Shown here in pieces: positions 38,037 to 51,618 of a DNA stretch of 64,000 nucleotides. This DNA comes from Chloroflexota bacterium (GTDB lineage Bacteria; Chloroflexota; Dehalococcoidia; JACQUO01), in NCBI GenBank assembly GCA_016210205.1, contig JACQUO010000007.1, forward strand, positions 8,834 through 72,833. The letters run 5' to 3'. The notes beneath the pieces are model-generated. The model did not search any database. It saw nothing but the letters and a program-made list of their open reading frames with translations, and was not told the origin of the DNA. Each line of letters starts with the position of its first letter. Position 1 is the first letter of the stretch. A program made the translations under genes and the position numbers.

Positions 38037-38314
38037 TGAGCGGCGACGGCCCACCCCACCGCGTGGTTCTATACTCCCGCCCAGGCTGCCACCTGTGCCA
38101 CCAGGTGCGGGATATTCTGGAGCGGCTCCAGACAGAGTTCCTCTTGACCCTCCAGGAGGTGGACATCGCGGGGGACCAGGCCCTGCTGGCGCGCTACGGG
38201 GAGGCCATTCCCGTGGTGGTGGTGGACGGTCGAGTGACCCTTACGGCCCCCATCAGCGAGTTCCTGCTGCGGCGGGCCCTGACCCAGGGGGCAGGGAAGC
38301 GGGCGCGAGGGTAA
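38033..38314 (+). CDS. glutaredoxin-like protein (DUF836 family)
   Basis: VVLYSRPGCHLCHQV CxxC motif, IPVVVVDG; overlaps the lgt stop. Confidence 0.75.
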   Translation: MMSGDGPPHRVVLYSRPGCHLCHQVRDILERLQTEFLLTLQEVDIAGDQALLARYGEAIPVVVVDGRVTLTAPISEFLLRRALTQGAGKRARG

Positions 38315-38345
38315 GGCCATTTAATCTCTACCTGATAGATTCCGC

Positions 38346-38374
38346 CTTGACTTGGCCGTTCCCCCGTGCTAACC
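38346..38374 (+). promoter_or_regulatory. sigma-70-like promoter of the ileS leader (TTGACT-17 nt-TAACCT)
   Basis: TTGACTtggccgttcccccgtgcTAACCT. Confidence 0.45.
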
Positions 38375-38380
38375 TTCTCT

Positions 38381-38647
38381 TTCGTTAAAGGCGAAGACGG
38401 AGACGAGTAGGGCCTCCGGGCCGCCCAGCGAGTCCGGCGCGGTGGAAGCGGACGCGAGCCCCTGGCCCCAAAATCCCTCCCGAGCCGCCGACCCAACGCT
38501 CGCCCCAGGCGGGTCAGTAGGCTCGGCCGGTCGCCCCCCGTGAAAAGGGCCGGGCATGACGGTGCCCACAGAGAGGCTCGCCTGAGGCGGGCAATTAGGG
38601 TGGTACCGCGGGACTGTGTCCCGTCCCTAAGGGGGCGGGATTTTTTG
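38381..38647 (+). promoter_or_regulatory. T-box riboswitch leader (Ile) with intrinsic terminator
   Basis: Canonical T-box sequence AATTAGGGTGGTACCGCG at 38593..38610, followed by terminator gtcccgtccc-taa-gggggcggga-TTTTTT (to 38646); stem I-like GA/AGTA elements near 38390..38410; upstream of ileS. Confidence 0.8.
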
Positions 38648-38666
38648 CTTCCAAAAGGGCAAGGCT

Positions 38667-43024
<4,358 letters not shown>

Positions 43025-43295
43025 CCTTGCCTCCTCTGGCTGATGCCCATATATTAGATTACTTTGAGAATCCCCTTGTCAAGCCCTGGCGTTTCTGGAG
43101 GCCCAAGCCGACGCCGAAATCCTGGGGCAGGGGGCCTCCAGCTCGGCCTTCCCGAGCCCCCCGACCAGACATCACGCCAGGGAGAGCCTCTGGCCAAAAC
43201 GCATCTCGGCTATTTTATGGTAAAATCAACTCGCGAGCAAATGGGTTTTTTGGCCATCTAGCTACCCGCCGGGGACAAGAGTTGAGCTGGAGGAT

Positions 43296-45602
43296 ATGGT
43301 TTTCCCCTTAGCTAACCTCTATCAGAACTTGGGTCTGCAGCGGAGAATCCTCCTCCTGGTGGCCCTGGGGCTAGCGGGAATTTTGGGACTCTTCGCCTAT
43401 CTCAGCCTCCAGGCCATCCAGCAGAGCACAGACCTCGTCTTCCAGGAGCGGCTCACGCTGGCCCAGTCCCTGGCAGGGGAGATGGATAGCGCCTTCTCAG
43501 ACCTCCAGGGCCAGCTGGAGAAAACCGCCCCCCTCCTGGCTGCGAGCCAGGAGGACCCCGAGGCGACCCGGATTATCTTGCACCGCCTCTACCAAGACTT
43601 AACCGGCCCCCAGCGGTGGTCAGCGGTGGGGGTCTCCGGCCTAGCCTGGGTGAACCAGGGGAAAGGGCTCGTGGTGGCCGAACCAGAGGGTCGCCTGCCC
43701 CCCCATGGGGACTGGCTGGGGCAGCCCCAAGTGGAGCGTGCCTTGGCCCAAGGGAAAGCGGCGATAGCCCCGGCCCGGCTCCAGGGGGAGCCGTCCTTAG
43801 CCCTGCGGATGGCGGTGCCCGGGGCCGGACCCCAGGGCCAGCCCGGGGGGATTCTGACCGCCGACCTCTATTTCCTGCCCCAGGGACTCCTCTGGAGCAC
43901 CCAGGAGGGCCGGCGCACCGGCTACCACGCGGAGGTGATTACCGGGGAGGGCGTTATCATAGCAGTCATAGGCCCATCCACCCCCGTTGAGCAGGTAGGA
44001 GTCATGAGCCACCACTACCGCCTGGTGGCCCCCATGCTGACAGAGGGCAAGCCCCAGGTTGGCGTGGACGAGTACTCCGGCAGCCCTGACTATCAAAATC
44101 CTCTAGTGGCCTTCGCCCCCCTCAAAACCCTCCCCGGGGCCGTGCTCCTGGAGCAGGAGAGAGACATCGCCCTGCTCTTGCCCGACACGCTGCAGCGACG
44201 GCTCATATTCCTGGGCCTTGTTGTCTTCCTGGCCGCCATGGCGGCAGCCTGGCTCACCACCCGGGCCGTGGTCAAGCCCGTTCGGGGCCTCATCCAGGCC
44301 TCTGGGGCCATCGCGGTGGGAGACTTCTCTCAGCCCATCTCCCCTTCCAGCAACGATGAAATCGGGCGGCTCTCTGCCACCCTGGAGGCCATGAGACTCC
44401 GGCTCAAGACCTCCCAAGAGGAGCTGGCCGCCTGGAGCAGGGAGCTGGAGCAGCGGGTGGCCCAGCGCACCCGGGAGCTCACCGCCCTCAACGACATGGC
44501 GGGCATCGTCGCCAGCTCCCTCAAAGCGGAGGAGGTCTTGGGACGGGCCCTCATCAAGGTGATGCAGGTGACGGGGGCCTCCGGGGGCTGGGTGGACATC
44601 AAAGACCCTGAGACCGCCCAGGTGAAAGTGGTAGTCGCCCAGGGTATGGCTCCCCGGGAAGCCGGTAGGCACCTACGAGATTGCCCCTGCCACCAGGTTT
44701 TCCAGTCCCACCAAATTGTCATCCTCCACGACACCCCCGAGGGAGACCGACTCCTCTGTCTGCCCCTGGCCTCCCGAGACGAGGTCCTCGGGGTGATGGG
44801 CCTGACCCTGGAGTCCGGGCGGCAGCCCAGCGTCGAGGAGGAACGGCTTCTGATTTCCCTGGGCCAGCAGATGGGAGTAGCCCTTGAGAACATGGCCCTC
44901 TATGAAGAGGTGAACCGCAAGGAGGAGCTCCGGGGCCAGCTCATCCGCAAGGTCATCACCGCCCAGGAAGAGGAGCGCAAGCGCCTAGCCCGGGAGCTCC
45001 ACGACGACCTGGCCCAGAACCTCTCTTACCTTCACATGAGCCTGGACGCGGCGGCGGCGGAACTGAGCCCGGACCAGGTCACCCTCCACCAGCAGATGGT
45101 GAAGAGTCGAGAGCTGGCCAAGACCTCTCTTACGGAAATCAGGAACCTCATCGGGGACCTGAGGCCCACCGTGCTGGACGACCTGGGGCTGCTGCCGGCC
45201 CTCCGGTGGTATGCCCAGAGCCGCTTGGGGGAGTCGGGGATAGCTGTGGATTTCGCAGTCGATGAGTTCCCCAACAGGCTGCCCCTGGAGGTGGAGACGG
45301 CCCTTTTCCGGGTGATGCAGGAGGCCGTCAACAACATCGCCCGCCACTCCCAGGCCCGCCGGGTCCTCTTCATGCTGGAGGCCGATGCTCACTGGGCGTG
45401 GGGCCTCATCCGGGACGATGGTGTGGGCTTCTCGGTGCGGTCGGTGATGCGCCGGGGGAAGGGTGGCCAGGGGCTGGGGCTCCAGGGTATGAAGGAACGC
45501 ATTGCCCTCCTGGGGGGCAGACTAGAGATTCACTCCCAGCCGGGCAAAGGCACCCAGGTTTCTATCCAGGTCCCCCTTAAGGATAAGGATAAGGGAGGCT
45601 AA
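43296..45602 (+). CDS. sensor histidine kinase (TM-sensor-HAMP-GAF-HisKA_3-HATPase)
   Basis: 768 aa; ELHDDLAQNLSYL H-box of NarX/DegS type; GKGGQGLGLQGMKER G-boxes. Confidence 0.85.
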   Translation: MVFPLANLYQNLGLQRRILLLVALGLAGILGLFAYLSLQAIQQSTDLVFQERLTLAQSLAGEMDSAFSDLQGQLEKTAPLLAASQEDPEATRIILHRLYQDLTGPQRWSAVGVSGLAWVNQGKGLVVAEPEGRLPPHGDWLGQPQVERALAQGKAAIAPARLQGEPSLALRMAVPGAGPQGQPGGILTADLYFLPQGLLWSTQEGRRTGYHAEVITGEGVIIAVIGPSTPVEQVGVMSHHYRLVAPMLTEGKPQVGVDEYSGSPDYQNPLVAFAPLKTLPGAVLLEQERDIALLLPDTLQRRLIFLGLVVFLAAMAAAWLTTRAVVKPVRGLIQASGAIAVGDFSQPISPSSNDEIGRLSATLEAMRLRLKTSQEELAAWSRELEQRVAQRTRELTALNDMAGIVASSLKAEEVLGRALIKVMQVTGASGGWVDIKDPETAQVKVVVAQGMAPREAGRHLRDCPCHQVFQSHQIVILHDTPEGDRLLCLPLASRDEVLGVMGLTLESGRQPSVEEERLLISLGQQMGVALENMALYEEVNRKEELRGQLIRKVITAQEEERKRLARELHDDLAQNLSYLHMSLDAAAAELSPDQVTLHQQMVKSRELAKTSLTEIRNLIGDLRPTVLDDLGLLPALRWYAQSRLGESGIAVDFAVDEFPNRLPLEVETALFRVMQEAVNNIARHSQARRVLFMLEADAHWAWGLIRDDGVGFSVRSVMRRGKGGQGLGLQGMKERIALLGGRLEIHSQPGKGTQVSIQVPLKDKDKGG

Positions 45603-45603
45603 C

Positions 45604-46269
45604 CTGAGCAAGATACGCATCCTCCTGGCGGACGACCATACCATCATGCGAGAGGGCCTGCGCCTCATCCTGGAGGCCCAGCGGGACTTCCAGGTGGTGG
45701 CCGAGGCCACCAACGGTGAAGAGGTGGTGGAGAAGGCGCGGGAGATGGCCCCCGATGTCATCCTCATGGATGTGACCATGCCCAAGCGCAACGGCATCGA
45801 GGCCACTCGCCTCATCCTCCAGGAGCATCCCACCATCCAAGTCCTAGCCCTCACGGTCCACGACAACTACGACTACCTCTATCAGGCGCTGGAGGCCGGG
45901 GCCAGCGGGTACATCCTTAAAGGAGCCACCTCCGAGGAGCTGGCCCTGGCGGTGAAAGCGGTCCACGGGGGCGGGATTTATCTTTCCCCCAAGATGGCCA
46001 AGTGGGTGGTGAACGAGTTCCTGGACCGGGCCGGCCGGGGCGGGGGCCGCAAGGGCTCCGGCGACCTCTCTCCGCGAGAGCGGGAGGTCCTCAAGCTCAT
46101 CGCGGTGGGCCGCACCAACAAGGAGATTGCCAACCTCCTCCACCTTAGCCCCTCCACGGTCCAGACCCATCGGGCCCGCGTCATGGAGAAGCTGGGTCTC
46201 CACACCCGCTCGGAGCTGGTGCACTACGCTCTGCGTCGGGGCATCGTCAGCGCCAGCGACGGCGTCTAA
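45604..46269 (+). CDS. NarL/FixJ-family response regulator (REC + LuxR HTH); apparent non-canonical (CTG) start
   Basis: The track ORF starts at Met 45646, but the in-frame upstream codons encode SKIRILLADDH (beta1 plus acidic pocket). There is no ATG/GTG/TTG in frame after the stop at 45523..45525. AAGGGAGG sits 5 nt before the CTG at 45604. Confidence 0.7.
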   Translation: MSKIRILLADDHTIMREGLRLILEAQRDFQVVAEATNGEEVVEKAREMAPDVILMDVTMPKRNGIEATRLILQEHPTIQVLALTVHDNYDYLYQALEAGASGYILKGATSEELALAVKAVHGGGIYLSPKMAKWVVNEFLDRAGRGGGRKGSGDLSPREREVLKLIAVGRTNKEIANLLHLSPSTVQTHRARVMEKLGLHTRSELVHYALRRGIVSASDGV

Positions 46270-46321
46270 GGCTGCCCCTGAAGTCCAAATCAGGCTCCTG
46301 GGCAATCTCAATTAGCACTAG

Positions 46322-46500
46322 TGTGGCGTCACCCAAATGAGGATACCTTACCCTTGTCCTCTCCCAGGGTTATACCTCACCCCCTGGCCCCCTCTCCTGC
46401 AGGAGAAGGGGCAAATAGGGTATCTGGGGGACACCCTCAGACCCCCGGCGGGGGTTTCGCCCCCTGCACCCCCGTATGGCGTCCCAATAACCTGACAGAA
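46322..46500. repeat. modular GC-rich palindromic intergenic repeat (A + B + tail), flanked by CACTAG on both sides
   Basis: atacctcaccccctggccccctctcctgcaggagaagggg ... ctgggggacaccctcagaccccc ... gggtttcgccccctgcaccccc ... aacctgacagaa; CACTAG at 46316..46321 and 46501..46506. Confidence 0.85.
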
Positions 46501-46508
46501 CACTAGAA

Positions 46509-47147
46509 ATGGAAGGGATTATCTTGCTGACCGTCGCTCAAGCCATCCAGGCCCGCCACAGCATCCGCCGCTTCCGCCCCGACCCGGTGCCTTCCGAGGC
46601 CATCCGCCAGATGCTGGAGGCCGCCCGCCTGGCGCCCTCCGGCACTAACAGCCAGCCCTGGCGCTTCATCGTGGCCCGGGAGGCCGAGGAGCGGCGGAAG
46701 CTGCGGGAGGCGACCTTCGGCCAGCGCCAACTGGAGGAGGCGCCGGTGGTCGTGGTCTGCTGTGGCGACCTCAAAGCCTATGAGGCCGCCACCCAGGGCC
46801 AGCGCCGCCGCGAGCTGGAGGGCGTCCTGGAGCCGGGGGAGACCCGCTCCCAGACCGTCTACGGACGCCTGGAACAGATGTCTGCCGAGCAGCTACGGCG
46901 GGCCAATGTGCGGCGCGCCCTCATCGATGTGTCCCTAGCGGTGGGCCAGATGATGCTCACCGCCGTCTCCCTGGGGCTGGGCACCTGCTGGGTGGGGGGG
47001 TTCGCCGGCCCGCGGGTGCGGGAGCTCTTCAGCCTGCCCGAGACCATAGTAGTGGTCTCCCTGCTGGCGGTGGGCCACCCGGCCCAGGCTCCAGAGCGGC
47101 GGCCCCGCCTGCCCCTGGAGGAGCTGGTGCTCCGGCCCAGCTTTTAG
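46509..47147 (+). CDS. nitroreductase-family protein
   Basis: RHSIRRFRPDPV...APSGTNSQPWRFIV signature. Confidence 0.85.
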   Translation: MEGIILLTVAQAIQARHSIRRFRPDPVPSEAIRQMLEAARLAPSGTNSQPWRFIVAREAEERRKLREATFGQRQLEEAPVVVVCCGDLKAYEAATQGQRRRELEGVLEPGETRSQTVYGRLEQMSAEQLRRANVRRALIDVSLAVGQMMLTAVSLGLGTCWVGGFAGPRVRELFSLPETIVVVSLLAVGHPAQAPERRPRLPLEELVLRPSF

Positions 47148-47305
47148 CTGGGGCAATGCACCTCAAAAGAGCCGCAACGCCTCCCATATCTCCCAAGATT
47201 GGAGAGTGGAGAGGGCCTCTCTGCCCGTGACATAGCAGCCGCCTGGCTCTTGACCCAGAGCCCCCTCTGTATTTACCCGGGCTAAGATGTCAACCTCCGC
47301 TTTCC

Positions 47306-47713
47306 CTAAAATCCGCCCCCAGTAGGCATGAGGGAGAAGGAAGAGACCGTGGGGGCGGAAATCTTCAGGGGCGGCGTCTGCACCTTGATGTCTAGCTTGG
47401 CATCCAGCGAAGGGAGGGGGACGCTGGGGACGGCCAGGTCCACCTGGCCCACCGGTGGCACGGCGGATTCGTCCAGGGGGGACAGGGAGAGGTTCACCTT
47501 CTCCAATATGCCCCCCTTGAGGGCCTGCTCCACCCGCTCCAGGACCGCCTCTTCGGCAGGCTGCGGGGGGGTGGGGGTGAGCGCGGGGCGGCTCTCCCCG
47601 CAGGCGGCGACCAGCGCCAGGGCCAGCCCCAGGATAAGGGCCAGGCAGGTGGTGGCTCGCTTCATCCGCAAGGCCCCCGGCGCCGCGGGCATCCGCGCGC
47701 CTTGGCGCTTCAT
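47306..47713 (-). CDS. hypothetical lipoprotein
   Basis: LALILGLALALVAACG lipobox; ATG overlaps the stop of the upstream gene (ATGA). Confidence 0.55.
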   Translation of the reverse strand: MKRQGARMPAAPGALRMKRATTCLALILGLALALVAACGESRPALTPTPPQPAEEAVLERVEQALKGGILEKVNLSLSPLDESAVPPVGQVDLAVPSVPLPSLDAKLDIKVQTPPLKISAPTVSSFSLMPTGGGF

Positions 47714-49692
47714 GGCTTATCCTCCGGGTTGGTGGTGAAATAGAAAGCGTCCAGGATGGCCGCTAACGAGGTGGTAGCCACCTTAACCACCTCCATGTGG
47801 TGTTTCCCCGCCTTGAGAGCCACCTTGCCTGCCTGGTGCCAGGCGAAGATCCCCGGCGGGTAAGGCGGCCGGACGGAGTTCTCCGGGATGATGCCCAGGA
47901 CGGCCCCATCGATGACCACCCGGACGGAGCCCTCTCCCGCCGGATGGTTGTTGGCGGAAAGGTCCCGAATCCAAAGGAAATAATCGCCGTCCACGGGGAC
48001 CTCGAAGTCGTAGATGAGGGCCTCGCCGCCCCGGGAGAGATACCAGTCGGCCCCGCCCGAGGGGCTGGGGCGCCAGGTGGCTTTGACCTCCTTGACGGAG
48101 TGCCAATCCTCCGTCCGCTTGAGGAGTCGGGTGGCGGTCTCGTTTTCCGCCTCGATGAAGATGCCCACACCGCCGAAGGAGCTCTCCTGGCTGGCGGCCC
48201 GCTGGATGGCCTCCAGCTTGGACTGGAGCCGGTCCACCAGGTTCAGAAGGCTGGCGAGGTCGTCGGTGGGCTTGGCCTGCTTGAACTCATCGATTAAGGC
48301 CAACCCCTCTTTAAGCTGTCCCTGGAGCGCCCGTAGGTAGGCCAGGCGCTTTTTATCTTTCTCGCTGAGCGGGCCGCGGGTCTGCACCCGCTCCAGGGCG
48401 GCCAGGCCCTCGCTCGCCGAGGCCAGGCCGGAGCGCAGCTTCGCCTCCACGCCGGCTTGCTGCAGGCGGGACCCGGTCTCCTGAAGGAGCTCCTGAGCGC
48501 CCTGAACCTTCAGGCCCTCCATCTCCTTCCGTTTGGCCTCCCATCCCGCCTGGAAGAAGGAGACCGCCTCCTCTATCTCCTGCTGGGACTCCGCCTTCCC
48601 CAGGCGGGAGAGGAGAAGCTGCTTGTCCGCCTCTAACTGGGCCAAGAGGGCATCGAGGTCGGGGGCCTGGCGGCCCTGGGCCTTGGCCGCCGCGACGAAG
48701 GGGGCCTGGGCCTTGATGACCGCCGCGGCCTTGGCTATCTGCGGCTCCACGGCGCGCTGGAGGATTTCCGCCTTCTTCTGCTGGGCCTTCTGGCGATAGA
48801 CATCGTAGTTTGCCAGCTTCTTCCGGGCCAGCTCCTCGATGCGCTGGTCCATGTTCTCGAAGCCGTCCTTGAGTTTGAGGAGCTTCCCCGACTCGGCCTC
48901 GATGAGCTGGCGAATCTGCGCATCCATGCGCTGGCGGGCCCGCTGCTCTGCCGCCGCCACATCCTGCTGGATTTCCGCCATGAGCTGGGCCTGCTGGCGC
49001 TCCACCTCCGCCATCACGAAGTCCGTCACATCCCGCTGGATGGCCATGGGGTCGATGTTGCGGCCGGCGGCGGCGACGGCCGCCTGGGCCCGGGCTTGGG
49101 CCTTGCGGCTGATGTCGGCCTTTATCTCCGCAACACGACTGTTAACTTTCCCCTCCAGCTCCTGTCTTATCTGGGCCTCCACTTGGGGGATGAGGCCAGC
49201 TACTTTGGCCTGGACTTTGGCGGCCACCTCGGTGCCCTTGGCCTGGAGGGCGGTGATGGCGGGCTGGAACTGGGCCATCCACTGCTGGTAGATGGCATTC
49301 ACATTGCGGGCGCTCTGGGAGAGCTCATTGGCCTGCCTCTGGGCCTCGGCCACGGTGGGGCTGCGCTTGATGGCGTCCAATTTAGCGATAAAATCCTTGC
49401 GGGGCTTGGTGACATCGGGGAGAGTAATCTGAGGCCCCACCACCTGGCGCATGTCCTCCACCAGGGGCGATAGGAGCTCCTCCACCGCCTCCAGATGGGC
49501 CAGAAGGTCCGCGCTCTTCCACAGGCTCATGTCGTAGATGAGCTCAATGAGGTCGGCGGGGGGGACGGAGGCGATGACCTCGGGCGGGAGCGCCAGGTCC
49601 TCACCGCCAGCGGCCCGGGCGGGGCGGGCGGGGACAAGGAGCAGGCCCACCACCAAGAGGGCGATGAGCCGATAGAGGAGGGGTTTCATCAC
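47710..49692 (-). CDS. secreted protein: long coiled-coil region plus C-terminal beta-sandwich (CBM/galactose-binding-like) domain
   Basis: 660 aa; signal peptide ...ARPARAAGG; about 450 aa of heptad-rich Q/A/E/K sequence; C-terminal GDYFLWIRD...AGKHHMEV resembles carbohydrate-binding modules. Confidence 0.55.
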   Translation of the reverse strand: MMKPLLYRLIALLVVGLLLVPARPARAAGGEDLALPPEVIASVPPADLIELIYDMSLWKSADLLAHLEAVEELLSPLVEDMRQVVGPQITLPDVTKPRKDFIAKLDAIKRSPTVAEAQRQANELSQSARNVNAIYQQWMAQFQPAITALQAKGTEVAAKVQAKVAGLIPQVEAQIRQELEGKVNSRVAEIKADISRKAQARAQAAVAAAGRNIDPMAIQRDVTDFVMAEVERQQAQLMAEIQQDVAAAEQRARQRMDAQIRQLIEAESGKLLKLKDGFENMDQRIEELARKKLANYDVYRQKAQQKKAEILQRAVEPQIAKAAAVIKAQAPFVAAAKAQGRQAPDLDALLAQLEADKQLLLSRLGKAESQQEIEEAVSFFQAGWEAKRKEMEGLKVQGAQELLQETGSRLQQAGVEAKLRSGLASASEGLAALERVQTRGPLSEKDKKRLAYLRALQGQLKEGLALIDEFKQAKPTDDLASLLNLVDRLQSKLEAIQRAASQESSFGGVGIFIEAENETATRLLKRTEDWHSVKEVKATWRPSPSGGADWYLSRGGEALIYDFEVPVDGDYFLWIRDLSANNHPAGEGSVRVVIDGAVLGIIPENSVRPPYPPGIFAWHQAGKVALKAGKHHMEVVKVATTSLAAILDAFYFTTNPEDKP

Positions 49693-49791
49693 GGGCCATT
49701 ATACCAGATGGGACAAAGGTCGCATATCTAACCTCTTCCAAGTGCTATGATGATATTCTTAAGTTTAACCTGACATTCTGACGAAGGCGGC

Positions 49792-50643
49792 ATGCTCATG
49801 GCCCGGACGGCCCCAAACAACGAGCCAGCATTCCTTCAGGCCTCTCTAAGGCCGCCCCTGACCCGGGAGCACGGCTCCTGGGCCATGCTCCTGGTGCCCC
49901 TGGTGGTGGGGGCAGCGGCGGGCGGAGCCTTCTCCCTGCCGGTGCTTCTCTTCGCCCTGGCCAGCCTCTCCCTGTTCCTGGCGCGACATCCCCTGGGGCT
50001 GCTGCTGCGCCCTGGAAGCGGCCCCGCCCTTCCCCATATCCTATGGGGCGGGATTTTCCTGGCCCTGGGGGCGCTCTTTGGCCTGCCCCTGCTCCTGCTC
50101 TACCGGCTGTGGGGCCTGGCGCCCCTGGGGGTGGCCCTGGGGGCGGCCTGGCTCCTCCACAGCTATCTTCAGCGCCGGGGCCTGGAGCGGAGGGCGCCGG
50201 CCCAACTGCTGGGCATCGCCGCCCTGGCCGTGGCCGCCCCCGGAGCCTACCTCTGCGCCGGCGGCGCCTGGGGGGCAGCGGCTGTCTCCCTCTGGGGCCT
50301 GTCCTTCCTCTACTTCAGCGGGAGCGTCACCTTCGTGCCCATGATGGTACGCCTGCGGAGTGTGAAGCCGCCCGTGGGGGCCTGGGACCAACGCTGGAGC
50401 CTGGGGCGAGCCGCAGTCCTCACCCAGGCCCTGGCCCTGCTCTTGGCAGCGGCCCTGAGCGCCGCCGGGCTGGCCCCCGGCCCCGCCGCCCTGGCCCTCC
50501 TGCCCCAGACGGGCAAGGTCTTCCTCTCCGTCTTTCTCCTGCCCTCGGTGGCCACCATCAAGCGCCTGGGCTGGCAGGAGGTGCTCCACGCCCTCCTCTT
50601 CGGCCTGCTCCTGATCCTGGCCTACCGCCTGGGCCCCCTCTAG
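49792..50643 (+). CDS. YwiC-like polytopic membrane protein
   Basis: 283 aa; TREHGSWAMLLVPLVVG N-terminal motif and about 8 hydrophobic helices. Confidence 0.5.
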   Translation: MLMARTAPNNEPAFLQASLRPPLTREHGSWAMLLVPLVVGAAAGGAFSLPVLLFALASLSLFLARHPLGLLLRPGSGPALPHILWGGIFLALGALFGLPLLLLYRLWGLAPLGVALGAAWLLHSYLQRRGLERRAPAQLLGIAALAVAAPGAYLCAGGAWGAAAVSLWGLSFLYFSGSVTFVPMMVRLRSVKPPVGAWDQRWSLGRAAVLTQALALLLAAALSAAGLAPGPAALALLPQTGKVFLSVFLLPSVATIKRLGWQEVLHALLFGLLLILAYRLGPL

Positions 50644-50834
50644 CCCACCATCCCCCTGGCCCCCTTCCTTCCAGGAAGGGGGAAATGAAGAGAGCCTGGG
50701 GGACACCCCCAGACCCCCGCCAAAGGGGCTGCGCCCCTTTGGACTCCCCGCTGAAATGTGAGGCTTAGCTCAAGGGCAGGCCCCAAACCCGCCTGCGATG
50801 GGCTTCGCCCCCTGTACCCCCACAACCTGACAGG
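50644..50834. repeat. modular GC-rich palindromic intergenic repeat (A + B + B-like + tail), CTAG at both ends
   Basis: ccccttccttccaggaaggggg ... ctgggggacacccccagacccccgccaaaggggctgcgcccctttggactcccc ... gggcttcgccccctgtaccccc acaacctgacagg; CTAG at 50640..50643 and within CACTAG at 50835..50840. Confidence 0.85.
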
Positions 50835-50981
50835 CACTAGTCCCTTCCGACCTTCCGGTGGAAAATCCCTGCCTTAAGGGGTAAAATAGCTGTATATTTT
50901 CATTTTGGGAGAGGGAAGCCCCTGAATCCAGAGATTGGCGCAAAAGAGCAGCAGGCCCAGGCCAGCGCGGTCCTGGCGGAC

Positions 50982-51611
50982 TTGCAGGCCAACCTGGCCT
51001 CGGGGCGGGCGTGGTTCCCCGCCCTCCTGGAGGCGGTGGGCCGTTGGCCCTACGCCGAGGAGCGGGTGGAGGAGACGCACCACCGCTATCTCCTGGGCGG
51101 CGAGGCCTTCGACTGGCGGCTCGTGGCCCAGCGTCTCTGCCGCGCCGTGGACGGCCTCATCCCCGCGCCGGAGCGGGAGGCCCTCCTGAGCCGGGGCGAG
51201 ACGCCCCTGGTGGCCCGGGAGGAGTTCCGCCAGCTCTTGGGCGAGCTGAAATACCAGGGCGTCCTCAACCACTACTACGGGGTATTGGTGGAGGGGGCGT
51301 TGCTGGAGGCGGTGCAGGAGGAGGTCCGCAAGGAGCAGCGGGGCCGAGGCCCGCGCCAGGAGCAGAAGGCCCGGGAAGAGGCCTGCCGCCGGCTCTACGG
51401 GACGGGCTACGGGGAGCTCCTCCAGGGCTTCCAGGCCCAGGGCCCTATGCCCCAGGGGGGCTACCCCGCCTGGATGGCGGAGTTCCGCTACTGGCTCTTC
51501 CGCCGCCGCCTCAAGGCCAGCGAGAAGGCCCGGGTGGCCAGCGACACAAAAAAAGGGCTCGCCTGGTTGCAGCGAGCCGGCCACCATTTCCTGCCTTTTA
51601 CCGCCCCTTAG
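50982..51611 (+). CDS. hypothetical protein
   Basis: 209 aa ORF with coding-like composition; TTG start uncertain (open frame continues upstream without a canonical start); no family recognised. Confidence 0.4.
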   Translation: MQANLASGRAWFPALLEAVGRWPYAEERVEETHHRYLLGGEAFDWRLVAQRLCRAVDGLIPAPEREALLSRGETPLVAREEFRQLLGELKYQGVLNHYYGVLVEGALLEAVQEEVRKEQRGRGPRQEQKAREEACRRLYGTGYGELLQGFQAQGPMPQGGYPAWMAEFRYWLFRRRLKASEKARVASDTKKGLAWLQRAGHHFLPFTAP

Positions 51612-51618
51612 CCTGGCC

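Noticed and set aside
46316-50840. Classifying the repeats firmly as MITEs with 4-bp CTAG target duplications
   Set aside because: CTAG/CACTAG flanks are seen at only two copies. I find no terminal inverted repeats and no transposase in the window. This is kept as a hypothesis inside the repeat finding, not as a mobile_element call.
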